64,000 nt of DNA from Geosiphon pyriformis uo1 (Eukaryota; Fungi; Glomeromycota). The notes beneath the pieces are model-generated. The model did not search any database. It was not told the origin of the DNA and was given only the letters and a program-made list of their open reading frames with translations. Below, in pieces: positions 40,301-51,500 of the stretch. The first letter of the stretch is position 1. The number at the start of each line of letters is the position of its first letter. The stretch covers positions 62,001 through 126,000 of the forward strand of contig JAAOMT010000617.1 in assembly GCA_016748015.1 (NCBI GenBank). The letters run 5' to 3'. A program made the position numbers and the translations under genes.

Positions 40301-43300
40301 TTCTCGTCCAGGAATGTCATTCCACATTCTTTCATCTAAGAGAGTCTCTCCACAAGCCAAGCATGGTTTATTGTCTCATTTTCTAACTCGTTTTGGTCTT
40401 CCAAAGTATTCAATAATGTATGGACAGCAGTAGAATTTGGTTGTCAAAGTGTATTCCTCATTGTCACTACAATAAGTGCCCATTGATGACAATTTCTTGC
40501 CACAATTAACGCATACCAGTTTTGGGCAGCAATAAGTGGATTGTTGGGGTGTAGTATAGAAATTATAAGTGGTAGTACTGTTGGGGTTTGGTTCTTCTTC
40601 TTTCCCTTTTTTTTTTCTTTTGTATTTTCTTCCCATTCCCAATTTATTAGTTCTTCCTGGTTGTTATCAGTTTTCCAGGCTTGGTCAGAGTTTCAGGTAA
40701 GTTCTTCCTTTTGCTTTCTTTTGTTGTTGTTGTCCCAGGAGAGTATTGACAGTAACTCATTGTGGTCTTTATCGGCCCAAGACACTTGATAGGCTTTCCA
40801 GATAGGTTTCTTCTCTTTTTTCTTGAACTCAATAAGAGGTGCTGGCATATTAGTTGGTTTGAAGTGGCCACATGTGGCTGGTACATGTGTGTGCCAACTG
40901 TTTTGGCTAAGTTGAAGCTTCTGTATTATCCAGTCAAGTATGGCTTTGGTTTTAGATAACCAGTCATTTCCTACCAATGCCTGATATTGAGTTGCTTCTA
41001 TCACTAAGACTTTAATGGAAATGATGATGTTATTGACTTCAAAAAGGAAGTCATCAATTTCACCTATAGGGGTTTTGGTTGTCCTATCAGCAGTGATTAT
41101 GCAAGTACTAACAGCACGATCAATTCGGCAACCTAATTGGTCCATGAGTTGTTATGTAATAATGCTGCCAGCTGATCTACTGTCTAGTATCAGTTTAATG
41201 GTGTGACCATCAACCTTTGCATTAGTGTACATGGCAGTGATCGGTTTGGTGTTTAGAATGGCTCTACTAAATAATGAAACTGGTGTGATTTCTTCAAATT
41301 CAAATGAAAAAATTGTAGTTAGCAATTCGTCATCAGTTATGGTGGCTGGAAATATATTGCTGGTAAGTGGTTTGTGTTGATTGGGTTCTCAGTTGTTGGG
41401 TAAGGCATCTTCTGGAGTAATCAAGAGACTTAAATAGTGTTGGGCATTTTGGTTTTAGGGGTTTCCAGTGCCCAAATTCCGTTGTCGAGATCCTGATGGT
41501 TGTGCCATAGAACTGGAGATCAGTTAATAGACCACCATTGACGATCTTCAGCTTTGTTGTGTCAGTCTTGGTCTTTGAGTTCTGTTTTGAGGTAAGTTCT
41601 GTGGCAGTGTTTGAATTTGTTGGGGCTGATAAATTACCTAAGACTGCAGCTGATAAATGGGTTGGGACTGCAGATGATAAATAATGGGTGCTGTTGGCTA
41701 ATAAATAAGTGGTTGATAAATTTGTGGCTGCATAATAAATATGTAATTTGGTTGATATATTTCTGTGTTTGATTGATAACTCAGAGTTGAAAACCTGTGA
41801 TCAGAGTTTTAATATTGATTTCTCGATCATTGGTTTTCTATTCTTAACTAACAATTGATTCTCAAATGCCTTTGTTTACCACAGTAGTGGCAAATATGCA
41901 TCTCTTGCTGCCATGGCTGATTGGATAATGATGAGAGACGTGACTGATTTTGTGGACAATTTGTGATTTCTAAATTATTGTATTGTTGGGGTGGTTGATA
42001 AATTGCATAATTGTCAACTAAGTATCCCTCTAATTTTTGGTTGATAGAATCACTGAATTGTTTCAACTTAGAATCCAATTCAGATGATCCATTCATTACT
42101 AGATTAACAGCTTGGACATAGTTAGCTTCAAGTTCAGCTGCTTCAAAATTTCTGGCATTCGTCACAGCTGCTTGAAGATTTGTTGAATGCATTGGATGTA
42201 CGCATTGAAAGATGCTACTGTGCAATCCACAAATGAACTGGTTTAGAATTTGAGGCACTGTAAAATAGTCAGCTTGGATTGCTTGAATTTGGCATAAATT
42301 CTTATGGAAATGTTCTAAGTACATAGTGACTGCTTCATTGTCTCCTTGCTTAATGGTAGTGAAAGTGTTTGCCAGCCGATTAATACTATTATTATTACTA
42401 AAGTATTGTAGGAATACAAGCTTGAATGCATTGAAATCTTGGGGTTTGTTAATTAAGCTTTGATACTATGAATTGGCAGTATTTTGGAGAAAATAGGAAA
42501 TAGCCTACATGGCTCTGGCATTATACCATCTATTGGCTGCAATGGCTTTCTCTACATCATTTAGTTACACTTGGGCGTTGTCCTCTTTGCTGGTGAATTT
42601 TTCAAGTTTGGCAATAAGAATGTATGCCATTGGTGCTATGATTTGCTGTTGTGATGGGGGTTGAAGTTGTTACTGTGGCAGTTGAATCGGTTGTTGTGGT
42701 TATTGGAGCGGTGGTTAAATAGGTTGCTGCAGTGGCTATGGTAGAATTGGTTCTAGTATTGGTACAATTGGTGGCTGATCAATAACAATTACTGAAAATA
42801 AGTTTTCCTGATTAATTAACTCAGAGTTTAGATTATTTAGAGTTTGCTGGGTTTTAACATTTGGAGTTTCAACTTCTGGATTTTCTAAGATCAGGTTCTG
42901 GTAAGTAAATTCTTGATCTTTAGCTTCTTTTTCTTCTTTTTCTGATTTTATTATCTCCCAAGGACTCGTGTTTCCAAAATTTGGTTGAGGTGGCAGTGAT
43001 TAGAATCCTGATGGCATTGGAGATTATGATTTAAATCCCTCAAAGTAGTTGCTATAAGTTTTTAGTAACTCTGCTTTCTTTTGTTTACTTTGAAATGGGA
43101 GTTGGCTAAATGTTGATGTTACATGTAATGTGAATGCACCTGTTGATTAGATGTTGATGGCGCTTTCTGAAGTGTAATATTATAATGGATTGGTTGGAGA
43201 TTCAACTCTGGTTTTCTTCCAAGTAGGTAGTTGTATTTGTTTTGGTATTACTGCTGGTATTTGCAATTTTTCTTTGTCTTTGTCTGCATAAGTGATGGGG

Positions 43301-43596
43301 AATTGTTGTTGTGTGTATCTTTTAATAGTTTGATTGATTTCTTTGATGATTGGTGCAAAACTGTAGTTTCTTAATAAGCTGGTATGTTGAAATAATTCTG
43401 TATAGAAATTTTCCCTTGTGGATTCAATGTTAACTGTTTCTCCTAAGCAGTCTGTGATTTTATTGTTGATGTAGAAGTTGAAAGCAGATTCTGCTGAGAA
43501 GTGGTTATTGTTTAGTTCTAATTGTTGGCTGTATTGTTAGAACAAGGATTTAGCAAATCCTAAATGATTTGCTCCTATGTTTTCTGATTCTGCCAC
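37400..43596 (-). pseudogene. gag-pol: E gag-pol (N-terminal domain, CA, CCHC, PR, Cys-rich, dUTPase, pseudo-dUTPase, RT, RNaseH)
   Basis: CHYCGKQRHLRINC, LILDS.S, SP.SSPVVLV, MSFGL.NAPATFQ, YLDNT, TDASG; capsid and protease ORFs are in the same frame. Confidence 0.92.
39233..39625 (-). pseudogene. dut: dUTPase domain in E pol
   Basis: GFDLRY, SKSS (RSS), GIID..Y.G, EKIAQ, FGSTG. Confidence 0.92.
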
Positions 43597-43639
43597 TTTT
43601 GAATAATTGCTGTTGGTGCTGGTTCTCTGTAGGATTATA

Positions 43640-43656
43640 CCTCACAGGAAGCACCA
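43640..43656 (-). other. Primer-binding site TGGTGCTTCCTGTGAGG (consensus TGGTGCTCCCTG)
   Basis: Begins TGG 2 nt after the 5' LTR; related sequence at 8998, 13600, 14458, 22338, 48477 and 58156. Confidence 0.88.
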
Positions 43657-44258
43657 AATGTTACAGGTGATTAATTAGAGTCTCAAATCAATTAACAAAC
43701 CTGTAACTTGGTGCTTGATTGGTATTTTGGTGTTGATATCTGAAGGTTGTGTTAATCTGAAGGTTTTATTGTGGAGTTCTTTGTATAATAAACAGAAATT
43801 TAATTGATGGTTTTATCTGTAGCTTCCCAAAACTGCAGTTTTGTCAAATTTTTTTCTCAATGTGGTGGCTGGTAATCCTTCTAGTAAGCTATCCTCAAAT
43901 CTATGAGTGTTCTACCCTTGTTTCACGGGTTTTTTACCAGTCTTTATGACATCTGTATTTCAACACTTAATCTTTAATTAATTTAATAAAATCAACGAAA
44001 TAACAAAAGAAATAAAAGAGAATAAAAGAAGAAAAAAAAATAAACAAAAGCAATTGCAAGTTAGTATTCCATCATTAGCCATGATCAAGAGCTATTGTTC
44101 CAGCATAGTTAAGTATCAATTACTATTAACATGTAATGTTGATAGTGGAGAGTGGATTAAGATAGAAAATAATTATTTATTTGATATTTGTGGATTGGAA
44201 GGTTGCTTAGATAAAATCTGAATTGAGAGGTCTGTCTTTTTTATTTCTAATACTACCA

Positions 44259-44450
44259 CTATATATACATAATTGAGATTCTTCAATTCCTTGATTTTTC
44301 ATGCCAGGAATCCTGGAATTCTTGAAATTCTGTAATTTTTTTTGAGAGGAATCCTAGAATTTTGGAATCTTGTAATTCCTTGTATAAGAATCCTGAAATT
44401 CCTGAAATCCTGTAATTCCTTTTGAGAGGAATTCTGGAATTCCACATTTA
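44259..44450 (-). promoter_or_regulatory. E 5' LTR promoter: U3 array of GGAATTCC/TTCCTGGAA units plus TATATATA box (44259-44268)
   Basis: Tandem imperfect palindromes directly upstream of a TATA box that is conserved across family-A LTRs. Confidence 0.7.
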
Positions 44451-44534
44451 CTATGGCTACTTCTGATTGGCTAATTTATATACTAATATTTTTCTTATAT
44501 TTTATGAGTAACAATACTTAAGTATGTTAACTAT

Positions 44535-45354
44535 TGTTATAGTTTAAGAATTTAGCAAAAAAATTATAAAATAATATTAATTATTTAATCATAATATAGC
44601 ACAGTAATAATCCTAAAAAAATAAACATAGTGACAAGCACCAGTTCACAATAGTGGCTAATACCAATTGGTAATAGTGGCAAATACCAAGTTGAGATATT
44701 AAAAAGAAAATATTACAATGTATTTTCTTATAAAACTATAAATATGTATATATATAATAGCTTTAATATTAAGAAAAATGATATTATCCAACAAAACAAT
44801 TCATTTAACAGTTTTACTTTAATTATTCTCTAGTCTTTACTTTTAAAAATAAATATCTACAAAAAACTTTTAATTAAAAAAAAATGAAAAAGAATATTGA
44901 AAACTAAATCTAATATATTAAGAAACTTACTTGTATTATTTATTATATGAAACTATTATTCATTAGCTGAATTTCTTGGAAAAATAATCTCTGATTAAGA
45001 TTATTTATGTTGTTACTAATTGATAAAAGCTTTATTGTAAAAATTAAAAAAAGCACTAAAGACCATTAATATTCTGTGTTTCTAGATTAGAGAAACATAT
45101 TAAGCAATTGCAAGAATAGTCTTAAAAAAAACCTTAAACAGTAAGTAGATTTCAATTCAGTCTTTGGAAAAGAGTACATAAATACACACAACAATCAGAA
45201 ATTGAAAAATAACTTACATTATAATATTAAAAAAAAGTCTTTAATATAACATTGATATTATTACAGAAATAAAATTGAGGAACTTACAAAAGACTAATTA
45301 CAATTAAAATAGAATATTGACAATTAAATATACCAAGAAAACCATCTCATAATA
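44535..45354 (+). mobile_element. L: old solo LTR of a further family
   Basis: TGTTA...CTCATAATA ends, TSD CTAT/TTAT in H0 protease, ATAGTGGCAAATACCA-like U3 repeats, TATA run at about 44747, UGAUCA-type hairpin. Confidence 0.75.
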
Positions 45355-48300
45355 TTATTTTGATTGAACTGTAGCTTTTAAATATTTTAGTCAAGCACAA
45401 TATTGGTCTTGGACAATTAGTTATTATTAATAAGAGCTTAATATTGTGTGGTTTTTATAATAAAAACTTTAATAGATATAATGATATCATTGACTTTAAA
45501 AAAAAAATTGTCAGTTTTGTCAATAGAAATTTTAATTACTTTATTGGCTGTAATAATTCTAATGCTAGCAGTATGATTAACTTGGTAACTTAATTAGTTC
45601 ATAAGTTGTTATATAATAATGTTGTCTACTAATTTACTATCAAAAATTAACTTAATAAATTGGCTATTGACTTTGACATTAGTATATATTATAATAATTG
45701 GTTTAATGTTAAGAGCAGTTTTACTAAATAGAAATGTTATTACTGATTCTTCTAATTCAAAAAGAAAAATAACTGTAAGTAATTTGTTCTTTATAACTAT
45801 TGCTGGTAAAATGTTGTTAATAAGTAGTGTTGAATTGGTTTCTAGTAATTTGAGTATTGCTATTTCTGAAGTTATCAAGAGATTTAAATAGTTTTGAAAA
45901 TTCAGATTTTGAATGTATCTATTTTTTAAATTTTTTGAACATAATTCTAATAGTTGATTTAATGAACTAAAGATTGGTTGGTGCATAAATATCACTAATT
46001 TTCAATTTTGTTATATGTGTATAATTCTCATTTTTGATTTCTGGTTGCCATTTCAGCTAAATTTTGTGGTGGTGTTTAAATTTGTTGGGATTGATAAATA
46101 ATTTGTAACTGTAAAGTTTGTTAAATTACTGGTGTTAAAATTGGATAGATTAAAGATGTATATATTGGTTGTTGTATTATTGGGGTGTATTAAAACTAAT
46201 ATTTATATTATTTAATAAAATTGTTAACATAGCTTGAAATTTGAAATCTGCAATCAGAATTTCTATATTGGTTTTCTAATCATAAATTGTTAGACTTAGG
46301 ATAGCAATCTAATTTTAAATGATTTTATTTACTATAGTAGTAGCAATTATGTATTTTTTATTATTATGATTGATTTAATGATAATAATAATAGATGCAGC
46401 TAATTTTGAAATTGACTAAAATTTTCTGAATTGTTGCAATATTAAAGAGACTGATAGATTGCTTGATTGTTGATTAAGTATTTCTCTAATTTTTGGTTGA
46501 TCAAATTACTAAATTGTTTTAGCTTAAAATCTAATTTAAATAATTTATTCATAATTAGATTTACAACTTATGTATAGTTGGTTTGAAGTTTGACCAATTC
46601 AAAATTTTTGACATAAGTAACTGTGTTTTAGAAAGTATTTGAGTGTATTGAACATATTTATTGTAATAAACTACTGCATAATCTATGAATGAATTGGTTT
46701 AAAATCTGTAATATTATAAAGTAATTAACTTTAATTGTTTGGATTTAATGTAAATTTTAATAGAAATGTTTCAGATATATAATGACTGTTTCAGTATTAT
46801 TTTGTTTAATGGTAGTAAAGCTGGTTAATAACTAATTGATACTATTGTAATTGGTAAAATATTGTAAAAATGTGGTTTTAAATGCATTAAAAATTTGTGG
46901 TTTGTTGATTATGTCCTAATATTATAAGTTAGTAATATTTTAAAGAAAGTATGAAATAATTTGAAATGCTTTAATATTATTCTATTTATTGACTGTAATG
47001 GCTTTTATTACATCATTCAGTTATGCTTAAGTATTGTCTTCTTTGTTAGTAAATTTTTTAAGCTTAGCAATTAGTGCATAGACTATTTATGTAAGTTGTT
47101 ATTATTATGATTGTTGTTAAATAGCAATTGGTACTATTAATAGTATATTAATTAGAATAATTAGATGTAAGTTTTGTGAAAAAATAGGAGCTGGATTTAA
47201 ATTATTTAAATTTGGCTGGGTTTAAATAATTAAAGTTTGGATTTTCAGGTTATTTAAGATCAGGTTTTAATTATTATTTTCTTAATTGCTCTTTTTTTTT
47301 TGGATTGATATCTGTTATTACAGGTAATTATTTGAGGTGTTAATACAAATAACAAACTTATAATTTGGTGCTCAATAGCTGATATGGTTGGTAATATCTA
47401 AAAGATTTTATGATCTAAAAGTTTTAGTTTAAGTTTTTTGTATAATAGACAGAAATTCAAGTATTGTTTTATTTGTAGCTTCCCAGAATCACAATTCCAT
47501 CAAATTTTTTTCTTAGTATAATGGCCAGTAATCTTTTTAATAAGCTATTCTTAATTCTATAAGTGTTCTACTTTTATTTTACAGGTCTTTTACTAGTCTT
47601 TTTAACATCAATAACTCTGTGCATTAATCTTTAATCAATTAGTAAAATAATAAACAAAACAAAAAACAGAAAAAAAAATAAAGAGATAAGCCAAGACAAG
47701 AAAAAATTAATATCCTGTCAATAGCTATAATCAAGAGCTATTAATTCAATATAATTAAGTATTGGCAATTATCAACATAAATTGTTGATAATAAAAAAAT
47801 GTATTGTGACAATAATAAGTATTTTTATTAATATTTGATGTTTCCATTTCAAGTCATAGAATACTATCATATGAAAAGATGAATATAAAATTGGAATTGG
47901 AGATTCTAAAACTAAGAATTCTATTTTTTTTGTCCCTAATACTCTCATTATATATACACAAAAACAAAATAAATTTGAAAAAATCAAATTTGTAATTATT
48001 TCCCTTGAAATTAACCAATTCCTACCAACAGTTTGAAATTGACTAGCTACCAATTTCAGTAAACTGTTAAAGCATTTCCAGGCCTGAATCTAAAACGACT
48101 TCCATAAAATCATTTCACTTTTTTTTTACATTTTTTTTATTTTTATTTTTCTTTTTCTTCTTATCATTAGGGTAGCCTACAGACAAGAATTTTTGTAGAA
48201 GAGTTGACTTTCACAGTAAAGTAACTACACATTTTAGTGAGCTTCCAGACGAGAAATTTCTGGGAAAAAGTTGACATTTACTACAATGTAACTACACAAG

Positions 48301-48520
48301 TAACTGGCACAGAATTGGCCATTCCACTTATAAGCCCAGCAATTCAAATTATAGAAGATAATTTGAAGATAAATTCAGTTACTGGAGGTTCAACCACATT
48401 CAGAAAACGTGAATTCACAACAAACAGACATCAACAACATTTAAGAAAAGAGACCAAAAAAACCTCTGGTAACATTTGGTGCTCTCTCACAGAAATAACA
48501 CAGAAATAACAAAATTCAAA

Positions 48521-51500
48521 GTGGCGACCACACTAGACACAGCAACTCTAGAGTATTACCAGTCAATTTACACCCATTGCAAGCAAAGATTCAACATTTC
48601 AGACGGAATTGAAATTGTTAAGAGAACACTTTATCTATATATTGAAAACTGTATTAATAATTATTTTCTTGGAAATTACAACATTTCAGAAGTTAAAAAC
48701 AACCTCTACAATAATTTAGTATACTATTTACGATTAGGAACTGAAGACCTTAACAGTGAAACACTTGCCACTTACTTTCAAGAACTCAATTATAACATTA
48801 TCAAGTATTGTGAAGAAAAATATCCAGTACAGTCCAAATACTCTTTTAACTTTGAATCAGAAACAGAAACAAGCAACAAAGACAAACAAAAACCAAAACA
48901 ACACTCAAAAACCACTCCAAACACTCCAATACTAACAAAGACAACTGCCAAACACTTGCAAACACCTGAACAAGGAACCAGTGTCAAATTAACACTTTCT
49001 ATTACACTATTTCCAATTTTACTTGCTTAACCCCAAATTCATCTCTTATTTGGTTTTCAAGAATAAAAGATTTTCAGTTATCCAAAAGCCCTATTCAACA
49101 ACAGGAACCAATATTAACCAGCACAAACCTTATTGACTACTTAACAGAAAATCAAAGTGAAGAAACTGAATTAGAACAAGAAACAGAAGACTCAGAAATG
49201 AAGAAGAAATGGCCTCCACATATATCACAAAAATCTCTGAGTTCACAGAAGAAGACAGCAAAACCAGTCCTCAAGAATGGCTTGACAAAGTCTCAAAAAC
49301 AGGAGATGCAAATAGTTGGAATGCTGCCAGAATGTTAAAAGCAATTTTATACTTCTTACAAGGAATGGCTGATGAATGGTTTGAAAACTTGGAAGCCCCA
49401 CCAAAAAACTGGGAAGCATTCAAAACTGCTTTCCTAGAACAGTTTACTGACAATAACACTTCCATTACTCTTCAAAATCGGTTCTGAAATATCAAGCAAA
49501 AACCAAGTGAATCAGTTATGACCTATCTTGGGAAATTCAACAAACTGCTTAGAAGGATTTACTAATTGGAAACAAATGAATACTACTCCAATGCACAAAT
49601 CTTGGATCAATTTATTGCTGGTCTAAAGGATAAATTGATTAAAAAGATTCGCCCACATGCCCCAGAAGATTTAAACTCTGCTATACAGCATGCAAAGAGA
49701 TACAAAATGGCCATGGAGAAGGCCAATTGTACAAAACTTGTAAACTTGGCCATTGGAGAAACCAGCTCAGCAGCTGAGGAAAAAATCGACCAACTTACAA
49801 AGAAAGTTGAAAACTATTTCACCAATCAACAACAACAGCAACTCCAAAGATATCAGCCACCCCAACAATGAAATCAAAACAACTTCGCATCACTTTCTAA
49901 TAACCAGCCTCAGAATTGCCATTACTGTGGAATTCCTGGCCACTGGAAAAGAAACTGCAGAAAGCTACAACGAGACCAACAAAATAGGAGTAATCAACGT
50001 TACTCTCTACTACAGCAGTCTTATTATCAACCTCCACCACCAGCTTACTATTCACCAAGATTCCAATATCAAAACAACTACTATCAATCTGCTTCACAGC
50101 CAATGCAACAACCATATCAACAACCCCCATTCAACATTACCAAGTACCTGCTCGATGATTAATTCAACAAAACCAATCTGTACCACAAAATTGATTCACA
50201 ACAAACAACAACAGAATCAACCCAAATAACCAATTGGTTCCCCAAAATTCAGCTCAACCAAAACCCAACCACTATCATACTCAACCTAGTTATCTTACAA
50301 TGCCAGAAGAACAGGATTTTTATCATACTGCACTTTCGGAAGGTAGAATCATAACACAACAACAAAACCCTTCTCAAAACCATACCACTATTCTACCAGC
50401 TAGAATCGCTGAAAATGCCAATCTCTTTGATATTTTTCTTTTCGAATTTGAAGCAAATGAATCACCATTCTTGCTTAACAATGCAGCAGCTAATGAGCAA
50501 AAAGCCATCACTGCAATATACACAGAAGCTAAAGTAAAAGGAAAGCCAATTCGATTAATCCTAAATAGTGGATCTACTGAGAGTATTATTACTTACCAGT
50601 TGATACAACAGTTAAAGAGAAATGTTGACTGGCCAGCTCAAACAGTAATTGTTACTGCCGACAGCATAAAAAAGACTCCAGTAAGAGAAATTGAAAATTT
50701 TCCATTCACTCTTAATGGAATCACCATTCCAGTAAAAGTTCTTGTAATGAACACTTCCCAATACCAAGCTCTTGTTGGAAACAATTGGCTCCAAAAAGCC
50801 AATGCTAATCTGAATTGGGAGACACAAGAGTTAACAATCTCCTACCAAGGACAACACACCCGAGTACCTGCCATTTGTGGTACATTCAACAAATGTTCCA
50901 AAAAAGCCCCAGCTTTTGAATTCAAACCAAAAGAAGAAAAACCAATAATCAAAACATTCATGGCTCTTGAATCAATGTCCAATTGGGCCAATAAAACTGA
51001 ACAAGAACATTTCACTCTAAACTCTAAATCCAAAACCCTTGGATGGAATATCCTCTACTCAAAGCCTGAACCAAAAAAACAACGTCCTTACATTCCCCTT
51101 AAATGCAAAGACTGCAACAAAAAGCTTTTGTCAATGGGAGCTTGTATTTCACCTGAGAAAGAATATGAAAATTACACCTGCTACTATTGTAATGCCTGTC
51201 ATCGAGAACGATGGGGCCACTTGATCAAAAAAAGTGGAAAATGGGATAAAACACCCTGTCTTACTTGTGGAAAGCAGCTTCCCAATGAATGTGACTGGAT
51301 CGATATTGCATTTAGAGGAGGAGTCTGTGATCAAACTTGTCAATATGCTTTTTCTATTGCAGAAAAAGTAAAATGTAGAACATTGTTCAATGCTGCATAC
51401 AACAATGCCCTCAACAAACTCTATCATTACCCTCATAACGCCAAAATGATCTACAAACTTGCTATGATTTTAATCAACAGAAGAACCAAAGAAGATGTCT

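Larger units (their letters stand above)
34426..44513 (-). mobile_element. E: full-length, uninterrupted family-A Ty3/Gypsy element (3' LTR 34426-35280; 5' LTR 43659-44513)
   Basis: Two 855-bp LTRs, TSD ATAC/ATAC, PBS and PPT in place. Confidence 0.95.

Noticed and set aside
41455-41460. TAA between gag and protease in E, M and K as a read-through stop
   Set aside because: D and H0 have CAA at this codon, so it is most likely a recurrent C>T hotspot.
44073-44120. U1 snRNA-like or ribozyme sequence (ATACTTAAC...TGATCAC)
   Set aside because: The rest of U1 and any hammerhead, HDV or twister core are missing; a palindromic kissing loop fits better.
43659-44135. Spliced Gag start in the family-A LTR (ATG TTG ATA | GTAATT...TACTAAC...AAG) giving a U5-encoded extension
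   Set aside because: It is in frame in E, but the donor is not conserved in other A LTRs and homologous U5 segments differ by non-triplet lengths (81, 77 and 70 nt).
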